Positions 47,781 to 57,744 of a stretch of DNA of 64,000 bases are shown piece after piece (within the stretch, counting starts at the first letter, position 1; each line of letters begins with the position of its first letter). Location: positions 30,558,269 through 30,622,268 of the forward strand of contig NC_090408.1 in the NCBI RefSeq assembly GCF_036365525.1, read 5' to 3'. Under the pieces are notes generated by a model. The model saw only the letters and a program-made list of their open reading frames with translations, did no database searches and was not told the origin of the DNA. The DNA is from Heterodontus francisci. Lineage: Eukaryota. Made by a program: the position numbers and the translations under genes.

Positions 47781-47879
47781 TTGTTCTGATGAAGGGTCAC
47801 TGACCTGAAACGTTAACTCTGCTTCTCTGTCCACAGATGCTGCCAGACCTGCTGAGTATTTCCAGCATTTCTTGTTTTT
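47781..47879 (+). mobile_element. 99-bp Penelope-derived mini-insertion with TSD
   Basis: Near-identical to the reverse complement of ~35405-35512. Flanks attacttctataatt (47766-47780) and attacttttgtaatt (47880-47894). Confidence 0.85.
47783..47817 (+). ncRNA. Minimal type-I hammerhead ribozyme motif (Penelope-associated)
   Basis: GUU-CUGAUGA-A-GGGUC acu GACCU-GAAA-CG-UU-AAC: core boxes, helix II, palindromic AACGUU helix III and a 3-bp helix I. Confidence 0.7.
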
Positions 47880-48649
47880 ATTACTTTTGTAATTAATTGG
47901 AATAGGAACCATTACTGGGAGGGAGGGGGGGCTTTTCAGTATTCCTCATTGAGTTTCAAAACCCATTTGCCTGCTACTCAGAGGTGTTTAACAGCCCACC
48001 TGAAAATCCCCATTAGATGAAGTTGTTACAAACTGGAGAGAAGTGCCATCATTGCTGACACCCTTGGGGGAAAAACATACCAGGAGCTACATTCTAGCTG
48101 CGTGACTGCCGATTTAGAATAACCACCTGAAGATTGCAATTTAATGCCAATAATCTCTGCTCAACATCATTATGCCTACACAAAGAACTGTAAACCATTA
48201 CCAGTAACATCTAAATCACTGTAGATTAAAAATAGATCCCTCAATTCCAGTGCCATTAAATCATAAGCTATGAAATATGAAAGCTGTTTAGGTATGGCAT
48301 CAACCTGGATTGTAGAATGCAAAGTCACTTAGTGGTTGTGCACTTTGCACTGTTTACACTGCACTTGCTCAACCAAACACCATTATTCTCTCCAACATAG
48401 CAATCTGACTTTCTGCTATGTTCCTCTTTGGAGTTTTGCTACAATCGTATGCTTTCTATATTGTATTTAATGCTACTTGTGGCAGCCTAATTACAGTCCA
48501 CACCTTTGCCATCATGTTCTACTTGACTGACTCCCAAATAAGATGTTGCTGTCAGAGTCTAATAAAAAGGCAAGGGCAGAAAACAAAATTGATAAAAGAA
48601 AAATACAAGAAAAACTTTTAGAAAAACATTGAAGAACAAAAATATAAAA

Positions 48650-49108
48650 ACACTTGCATTTATTTGGCACTTTTCACAACCACTGGGCATCTCAAAGTGC
48701 TTTACAGCCAAGGAAATATTTTTGACGTGTAGTCACTGTGGTCATGTAAGAAACACAGCAACCAATTTTACACATAGCAAACTCTCACGAACAGCAATGT
48801 GATAATGACAGATAATCTGTTTTTGTGATGTTGGTTGAGGGATAAATATTGGCCAGGACACCAGGGAGAACCCCCCCTGCTCTTCTTTGAAACATTGCCA
48901 AAGGAACTTTTACATCCCCAGAGCAGGAAGATGGGGACTCGGTTTAACATCTCACCTGAAAGACAGCACCTACGACAGTGCAGCACATCCTCAGTATTGC
49001 ACCGCAGTGTCAACCTTGATAGTTGTGCTCATGCCCTGGAGTGGGTCTTGAGCCCAGAGCCTTGTGACTTAGAGTTGACAGTGCTACTAACTGAGCCACA
49101 GCTGATAC
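48650..49108 (-). mobile_element. Deu-domain SINE, full length
   Basis: Reverse complement of the head, core and tail seen at 10564 and 50574. Confidence 0.9.
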
Positions 49109-49199
49109 GTAATATGTAAGAATAGAACTAAATAAAATTTAATTATTTAAAGAATTGAGGAAGCATCTGCCTATGATTTTGGCTTGGATGGTGTTTGCA

Positions 49200-49833
49200 C
49201 AGGGACTCAACAATTGACTATTAGCTGAGGCATATAATATAAGAGCAGGGAGGTTATGATGGAGCTGTATAAAATGTTTGTTTGGCCACAGCTGGAGTAC
49301 TGTGTACAGTTCTGGGCACCACACTATAGGAAGGATGTGATTGCACTGGAGAGGATGCAGAGGAGATTCACCAGGATGTTGCCTGGGCTGGAGCATTTCA
49401 GCTTTGAAGAGAGACTGGATAGGCTAGGGTTGTTTTCCTTAGAGCAGAGAAGGCTGAGGGGGGACCTGATTGAGGTATGCAAAATTATGAGGGGCATTGA
49501 TAGGATAGAGAGGAAGAAACTTTTTCCCTTAGTGGAGGGGTCAATAACCAGGGGGCATGGATTTAAGGTAAGGGGCAGGAGGTTTAGAGGGGATTTGAGG
49601 AAAATAAATTTCACCCAGAGGGTGGTTGGAATCTGGAACACACTGCCTGAAGGGGTGGTAGAGGCAGGAACCCTCACAACATTTAAGTATTTAGATGAGC
49701 ACTTGAAACACCATAGCATACAAGGCTAAGGGCCAAGTGCTGGAAAATGGGATAAGAATAGATTGGTGCTCGATGGCCGGCACAGACACGATGGGTCGAA
49801 GGGCCTGTTTCTGTGCTGTATAACTGTATGACT
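49200..49833 (+). mobile_element. CR1 3' fragment
   Basis: 157-aa ORF LYK..PQLEYCVQFWAPHYRKD..SLEQRRLRGDLIEV..TRGH..RVVGIWNTLP, plus 3' UTR. Confidence 0.93.
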
Positions 49834-50149
49834 AAAGAAAGTGCTTTGTTCAGGTCTGAAATCTCTGTTTTCTCCTTTGCACCCCTCAGGCCACTAAAAA
49901 GCTGTAGTCGGGGGCTGGGGACAGGGGGATGTGAGCTGTCCCCACATGGAAACAATGTTATTCTGAAGCACCTGACAGGAAGTCCACAGCTGCAGCTTGA
50001 ATATGATGCTTTTCCCCTTCCCCACACGGTCACAGTGAAACCTCTACATGGTGGGCAATCATAACAATTAGAGCAAGTGTACATAAAGGAAGTCTTACAA
50101 CAGTCCAGCTGTTTTCGTGGTCATTCTTTGTCTGGTGCTAGCGCTTAAT

Positions 50150-50242
50150 ATAACAGATTATTGAATTCAATTTCACAATTTGCTTCGGTTGGATTTGAAC
50201 TGAATATTCCTAGGTTTGTTGCTTCACCATTACACTGTCATC
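50150..50242 (-). mobile_element. Degenerate solitary tRNA-like head resembling that of the 54.9-kb LINE
   Basis: attgaattcaatttcac..tgc..ggttggatttgaac..accattac versus attaaattcaaattccac..tgc..ggtgggattcgaac..accattac. Confidence 0.5.
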
Positions 50243-50573
50243 ATTAGCACTGGCTTTTTATAGTCATTCTAATTTTTGAGCAAAGGAAATTCATCTTAGT
50301 TACAAAATCTGTCTCCTTAAATTCAATTATTTCTGCAAAATAGCTTCTTGTGTCATATTGTAGTGCAGCCTCACAATTCCAAAATATAATGCACATTCTC
50401 AAACTGTATTTCATTTAAAAAACGAAAAATATTAATAAAATCAAAACTAACACTAAAATGGATCCTCAGACGTTAATTTCAATGAATTTTAAAAACTTCT
50501 CCAAATGGTTGGTTTTGTTAAAGGAGCTGTACTTTCATGGGATCATTCTTGTCTGCTCAATTGCCTCTTTCGT

Positions 50574-51007
50574 TGTCAGCCATGGCTCAGTTAGTAGAAC
50601 TCTTGCCTCTGAGTCAAAGGTTATGGGTTCAAGTCTCACTCCAGGACTTGAGCATTAAAATTAGGGTTGACAATCCAGTGCAGAACTGAGGGAATGCTAC
50701 ACTGTTGGAGGTGCTGTCTCTTGGATGAGCTGTTAAAATGAGGCCCTGTCTACCCTCTCAGATAGATGTAAAAGATCCTGTGGCACTCCTTTGAAGATGT
50801 GCAGGGGAGTACGTAATCCCTGATGTCCTGGCCAATAGTTGTCAGTGAATATCACAGAACAAAATGTGGTCATTATCACATTGCTGTTTGTGGGAGCTTG
50901 CTGTGTGCGAATTGGCTGCTGTGTTTCCAACATTACAACAGTGACTGTACTTAAAGAGTGGTTTGGGATGTCCAGCGGTCGTGAAAAAATTCAAGTTTTT
51001 TTTCTTT
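50574..51007 (+). mobile_element. Deu-domain SINE, near full length
   Basis: A-box-like tggctcagttag, B-box-like ggttcaagtct, then Deu core and tail. Confidence 0.9.
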
Positions 51008-51792
51008 CTCCGACGGATGAACTGTATTGGGTTGCAATAATAAAGATTGGTTTTGTTTTCTGAACAAGTTGCAGCTAGTGATAAGTCTTGACTCGCTGAA
51101 TAAGTTTGCATGTGACTGTTTTCTGTACCTGGCTACTTGAGTGGTTGAGAATATGTCTTACTCTTGTGGGAAGTAGACTACAGATCTGCACTGTAAACAC
51201 CGAGTGGATTATGGTTCCTCCTGAAAGAATCATCGATTTATATTATTTGAATGCTCAATTTACGTAAGGGGTCAGACTGTACTGATCAACAAGGTAACAG
51301 TCTGCAGATGATCTTGGTGCTTGTGTTATCTTGTAGGTGTTGCAGCCATACGATCGGAATATCATTAAATACAATGAGATTTGCTTCAGTTCATAACCAA
51401 TTTGTCCAATGCTTTTGGGGCTTATTAAATATTAGGAGCAATGTCATTCAGCCAGCCAGCTTATTTGTCTGTGATTTTTGCAGTATGATTGCTGCTGTAA
51501 TCTTCATGGTACATTAGTACCAGCTGCAGAATTGCCAATCAAAAACAGTCCAACACCTTTCTTGTGCTTCAGATACACAGCATGAATGGGGTGGGTGTTG
51601 GTTCTTTGCCCACGTCCCATGACAATTCTTACTGTGAGAGACTGGTGAACAACCAGGAATGGATTTGACTTCAGATTGAAGATGGCAGCTGTGCAAAGCT
51701 TCCGTGATCCTTTCCCCAGCAGGTGACTGTTCCCAGACTGTTGTCAATGCTGCTGTTGAGCTGGCTTTTCAAAGCTGTGTGAGTGGTCCAAG

Positions 51793-54700
51793 TTTTTTTT
51801 TTATTCATTCATGGGAGGTGGGCGTCACTGGCTATGCCAGCATTTATTGCCCATCCCTAATTGCCCTTGAGAAGGCAGTGGTGAGCTGCCCTCTTGAACC
51901 GCTGCAGTCCATGTGAGGTAGGTACACCCACAGTGCTGTTAGGAAGGGAGTTCCAGGATTTTGACCCAGCGACAATGAAGGAACGATGATATAGTTCCAA
52001 GTCAGGATGGCATGTGACTTGGACGGGAACGTGCAGGTGGTGATGTTCACATGCATCTGCTGCTCTTGTCCTTCGAGGTGGTAGAGGTCGCGGGTTTGGA
52101 AGGTGCTGTCTAAGGAGCCTAGGTACATTGCTGCAGTGCATCGTGTAGATAGTACACACTGCAGCCACTGTGCGTCGGTGCTGGAGGGAGTGAATGTGGA
52201 TGGTGTGCCAATCAAGCGGGCTGCTTTTGTCCTGAATGGTGTCGAGCTTCTTGAGTGTTGTTGGAGCTGCACCCATCCAGGCAAGTGGACAGTATCCCAT
52301 CACACTCCTGACTTATGCCTTGTAGATGATGGACAGGCTTTGGGGAGTCAGGAGGTGAGTCACACGCTGCAGGATTCCTAGCCTCTGACCTGCTCTTGTA
52401 GCCATGGTATTTATATGGCTACTCCAGTTCAGTTTCTGGTCAATGGTAGCCCCTAGGATGTTAATAGTGGGGGATTCAGCAATGGTAATGCCATTGAATG
52501 TCAAGGGGAGATGGTTAGATTCTCTGTTGTTTGAGATGGTCATTGCCTGGCACTTGTGTGTTGCAATGTTACTTGCCACTTATCATCTCAAGCCTGGATA
52601 TTGTCCAGGTCTTGCTGCATTTCTACAGGGACTGCTTCAGTATTTGAGGAGTCGCGAATGGTGCTGAGCATTGTGCAATCATCAGCAAATATCCCCACTT
52701 CTGACCTTATGATTGAAGGAAGGTCATTGATGAAGCAGCTGAAGATGGTTGGGCCTAGGACACTACCCTTAGGAACTCCTGCAGTGATGTCCTGGAGCTG
52801 AGATGATTGACCTCCAACAAACACAGCCATCCTCCTTTGTGCTAGGTATGACTGTAACCAGCAGAGAGTTTTCACCCTGATCCCCATTGACAACAGTTTG
52901 CTAGGGCTCCTGGATGCCATACTCGGTCAAATGCTGCCTTGATGTCAAGGGCAGTCACTCTCACCTCATCTCTTGAGTTCAGCTCTTTTGTCCATGTATG
53001 AACCAAGGCTGTAATGAGATCAGGTGCTGAGTGGCCCTGTCGGAACCTAAACTGGGTATCACTGAGCAGGTTATTGCTAAGCAAGTGCTGCTTGATGGCA
53101 CTGTTGATGACACCTTCCATCACATTGCTGATGATTGAAAGGAGACTGATGGGGCGGTAATTGGCCGGGTTGGACTTGTCCTGCTTTTTGTGTACAGCAC
53201 ATACTTGGGCAATTTTCCACATTGCCAGGTAGATGCCAGTGTTGTAGCTATACTGGAACAGCTTGGCTAGGGGCACGGCAAGTTCTGTAGCACAGGTCTT
53301 CAGTATTATTGCCAGAATATTGTAGTATCCAATGCCTTCAGTCGTTTCTTGATATCATGCGGAGTGAATAGAATTGGCTGAAGTTTGGCATCTGTAATGC
53401 TGGGGACTTCAGGAGGAGGCCGAGATGGATCATCAACGTGGCACTTTTGGCTGAAGATTTTTGCAAATGCTTCTGCCTTATCTTTTGCACTGATGTGCTG
53501 GGCTCCCCCATCATCGAGGTTGGGGATATTTGTGGAGCCACCTCCTCCAGTTAGTTGTTTAATAGTCCACCACCATTCACGGCTGGATATGGCAGGACCG
53601 CAGAGCTTTGATCTGATCTGTTGGTTATGGGATCGCTTAGCTCTGTCTATTGCATGCTGCTTATGCAGTTTGGCATGCACGTAGTCCTGGGTTGTAGCTT
53701 CACCAAGTTGACACCTCATTTTGAGGTATGCCTGGTGCTGCTCCTGGCATACCCTCCTGCACTCTTTATTGAGCCAGTATTGGTCTCCTGGCTTGATGGT
53801 ATTGGTAGAGTGGGAGATATGCCGGGCCATGAGGTTACAGATTGTGGTTGAGTACAATTTTGCTGCTACTGATGGCCCACAGCACCTCATGGATGCCCAG
53901 TTTTGCATTGCTAGATCTGTTCGAAATCTATCCCATTTAGCACGGTGATAGTGCCACACAACACAATGGACGGTATCCTCAATGTGAATGCGGGACTTCG
54001 TCTCCACAAGGACTGTGCGGTGGTCACTCCTACCAATATTGTCATGGACAGAAGCATCTGCGGCAGGCAGATTGGTGAGAACAAGGTCAAGTATGTTTTT
54101 CCCTCTTGTTGTTTCTCTCACCACTTGCCGCAGACCCACTCTAGTAGCTATGTCCTTTAGGACTCGGCCAGCTCAGTCAGTAGTGGTGCTACTGAGCCAC
54201 CCTTGGTGATAGACATTGAAGTCCCCCACCCAGAGTACATTTTGTGCCCTTGCCACCCTCAGTGCTTCCTCCAAGTGGTGTTCAACATAGAGGAGTACTG
54301 ACTCATCAGCTGAGGGAGGGCGGTAGGTGGTAGGAGGGTACCTTGCCCATGTTTGACCTGATGCCATGAGACTTCAGGGGTCCAGAGTCGATGTTGAGGC
54401 CTCCCAGGGCAACTCCCTCCCTACTGCAGACCACTGTCCCGCCACCTCCGCAGGGCTAGTGATTGCAGTGTCTGGGACATTGTCTGTAAGGTATGATTCC
54501 GTGAGTATGACTATGTCAGTCTGTTGCTTGACTAGTCTGTGGGACAGCTCTCCCAACTTTGGCACAAGCCTCCAGATGTTAGTAAGGAGGACTTTGCAGG
54601 GTTGACAGGGCTGGGTTTGCCGTTGTCATTTCCGGTGCCTTGGTCGATGCCGGGTGGTCCGTCCAGTTTCATTCATTTTTATTGACTTCATAGCGGTTAT

Positions 54701-54975
54701 GTACAATTTCAAATGGCTAGGCCATTTCAGAGGGTATGTAAGAGTTAACCACATTGCTGTGGGTCTGGAGTCACATGTAGGCCAGCAGCTTTCCTTCCCT
54801 AAAGGGCATTAGTGAACCAGATGGGTTTTTACAACCATCGACAATGGTTTCATGGCCATCATTAGCCTAGCTTTTAATTCCAGATTTATTAATTAAATTC
54901 AAATTCCACCTTCTGCTGTGGTGGGATTCGAACCCTGGGTCTCTGAGTTACTAGTCCATGATAATACCATTACCC
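51793..54975 (-). mobile_element. Apparently full-length single-ORF LINE (CR1/Jockey group) with a tRNA-derived 5' head
   Basis: ATG 54676 to stop 51857, broken by stops, frameshifts and deletions. APE motifs TNIW, LTESYL, YRPP, GDFNV, LDLV, SDH. RT motifs NYRPISLLS, LDIKAAFDRVWH, GVPKGSVLGP, FADD. Short 3' UTR with an A tail. Confidence 0.92.
54913..54975 (-). promoter_or_regulatory. tRNA-Thr(AGT)-like internal Pol III promoter
   Basis: Minus strand gtaatggtattatcatggaCTAGTAActcagagacccagGGTTCGAATCCcacc: perfect B box (54924-54934) and anticodon loop CT-AGT-AA. A box degenerate. Confidence 0.75.
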
Positions 54976-55771
54976 TGTCCTATTTGCCTTGTCTCGCTGC
55001 AGTAACTCTGCCTCTTCGAAAGTACGGCTGGGATGAGGGAACCAGAAGCTCAAATCGACATCCATCAACTCCATTTCACAATGCTCTAGAGCACTGATAT
55101 CCTTTATCACCATGCATCATCTCTTTATTAATATTGCTTGGATATTTTATTCTGATGGAATAATGAAGCTTTTGCTATGCAAATCTGACCAGAAAAACTC
55201 TTCCAATTATCTTAGACTAGTTGGAAAAGGGAAAATTAGCCTCTTTTTGAAAAAAAAATCACCCCCTCCTCACCCCCCACCAACCCTACTTTGACATTCC
55301 CCTCCATCTTTCAGTGGAATAGCAGCAATTTTCACAAGCACTTGGAGATCAGGCTTTAAAGCTGCTTTCTAGAGTATTCCTTTAAACTGCTTGAAGTCAA
55401 TACTGAACTGTTTATTTACATTGATTGGTCTGCCGAATGTAGTGGTGGTGTTTAATTGTTTGACCACAAATCCAGCCACGCTGTTTTCATCTCTGCATTG
55501 GTGATTGTTATTTACCAGGTTAACAGTTGTCATCGCCTCCACCCTTACCTATTCATGCAATTGGGAGAACCGTTAATTAATCCTCTGCAACTATACACCT
55601 CTAATGTGTTAATTTAAGGTGCTGCTGCCCCTTTCCAATTATTTGGATGATGTTTGTCTACCTGAAGTGCTATGTTCATGTCATAAACAGACTTAAATTA
55701 GGTTGCTTGGATCAATTGGATTATGTTATGGTCAGTTACACTTGCTCTTTTCACCTCTGAATACAATTTAA

Positions 55772-55858
55772 TACAGAAGCAAAATACTGCAGATGCTAGG
55801 ACTCTGAAATAAAAACACAAAATGCGGGAGCAGCATCTGTGGAGAGAGAAACTGAGTT
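55772..55858 (-). mobile_element. Penelope terminal-repeat fragment
   Basis: aagcaaaatactgcagatgct..ctgaaataaaaaca..gcagcatctgtggagagagaaac, as at 35372. Confidence 0.8.
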
Positions 55859-56449
55859 GGATTTTCGCCATGCCATGGTGATGTGGTTGGGTTGGGGAGG
55901 GTGGGAGCCGTGTTGGGATGGCCCACTGATACATTCCTGCCGCCAGCAAAGTTCCCCAGGCAGGTGGGGGATCAGATCAGCTGCCCACGCCACAGAGACA
56001 GGGTAGCCAATTAAGATAATTAAGGCCTTAATTAGGGGCCATCTCACAGCCTCGCTGACATTTTGCTGCCAATGGAGCAACAGTCCCCACCGGCTGTATG
56101 TGGAAGACACCAACTCAGTTGAGGTGGCCTCCCTCTGGCAGGCAGTGGAGTCTTTAGAGTTGGACCCTCTATGCCCTAATGATGGGGCTGCGGGCATGAA
56201 CGACTGCTCCTGCAATCCAAATCAATCCCCCAGAGGGTTTTCCTCTCCTCTCCACTCCGAGGGGCCTTGCCAGCTTCAGTCCTCATCAGTTTTTAATTTC
56301 ATGAACGCCTCCATGTTGAGGCACCGTCTTCCAGTGGAGTTGTTGAGGCTTCAGGTGGCATCCGAGAAGATTGCTCCCGCGGGTGGGCTGCCGGTAACCC
56401 AATTTGGTTCCGACATCCGCATTCTGAAGCCCACAGTAAAATTGAGCCC
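55854..56449. mobile_element. GC-rich MITE (PIF/Harbinger-like)
   Basis: Ends gagttggattttc and gtaaaattgagccc resemble the TIR of the 21355 element. Confidence 0.65.
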
Positions 56450-56824
56450 AACATTTCAATTTGGTTTTGGTCTGCAGTGTTTTCCTTTAATTTTATAAAG
56501 ATCTCAATACTGCTGACTTCAATAGCCCCAAATACTGAAACCATCTCTGGGCAGAAACCAATAGGACTAAAGTCTCTTTAAATGACCCTCTCAATTATGT
56601 AATCTTTTGTGTTTAGAAACTTCTAATAGTAAAGGACACCACATACACTTTTCTGTAAGAATAAAGGGTAGTTTGGAATATGTTACAAATCGGTAACACA
56701 ATCTGATGACCTAATCAAACTGCAAGACTGAAGCCCAAGTGGCTTATTGTGATCAGTGCCCTAAGATTGCATTACAGTTCTCACCATACTCCATTACTGT
56801 TTACATGTTTTGTAATATATACTC

Positions 56825-57744
56825 TGTCATGCAGACCCCCACCTGCCAAGAATGAGGCATATTAATTTTGTCAAATGAACATTGATTTTAAACTGTTGCT
56901 GGAGCGAGGAAATGTCTTGTTAAACAGATCAGCCGTAGCTGGAAAAAAACATTTACATACTAACAGACAGTGCTTGTGGAGACCAAGGACCATTCCCTGA
57001 CACATTCAACCCCCAATGGACTTTGATCAGCAGACATTGAAGGTGAGGAAGCTCACATTCCAAGATGACTGCCAATGTGGCTGAATCCACAAACGGACCT
57101 GGTCAAACCAGCTAGTCACATGACTAAGCTGCTGGGCAACCTGAGTTTTTTTGAATTGCACAGACAGTTTTGAGAGAGAGAGACTGTTTTCTTCTGGACT
57201 GTAAAAACCTCTCCTGTCTGGTTCACCACCGCTTCTCCTGTCTATTCCCATCTCTTCCTCATGGAACTCCAAATCCACTGAAGACATGAAATACAAGAGA
57301 GAAAAGTCTCCTACATCGAACAAGGTTTAAGAAGAATAGTGGGCCCCAATGAAAAGCAAGATCTACCTACAATCAAGGACTCTACAGCGAGCTCGAAGAA
57401 CAGTAACCAAAACCATCTTCAGATATTGCCTCAAACTTTTCCACTTTATTTCTTCTGCTTTTCCATCTCTATCTGCATGTGTGTATCATGTATGCATTCT
57501 AGTGTGGGCGTGCTGCGTATCCATAGGCGTTAACCAAATTAGAGTTTAATAAATTTCAACTTTTCTTTTAACCTAAGAAAACCTGTTTGGCTGGTTTCTT
57601 TGCCTTACAATTGGAAAGCAGTGAACAAAGATTTACCAAAGGGGAAGCTAAAAACAAGGTGTGTTTCAAATTAAACCCTGTTACGGTAAGACCAGGTGAA
57701 GGCTGAAAGGGAACCCTAGACCCTTTTCTCACTTGGTCGTAACA
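56825..57744 (+). mobile_element. Solo LTR (920 bp; Gypsy or ERV type)
   Basis: TGT...ACA termini (tgtcatg / cgtaaca), exact 4-bp TSD actc (56821-56824, 57745-57748), AATAAA at 57548. Strand inferred from the polyA signal. Confidence 0.88.

Noticed and set aside
54913-54975. Functional tRNA-Thr gene
   Set aside because: Acceptor and D stems are not intact and the sequence is fused to a retroelement body, so it is treated as a tRNA-derived head.
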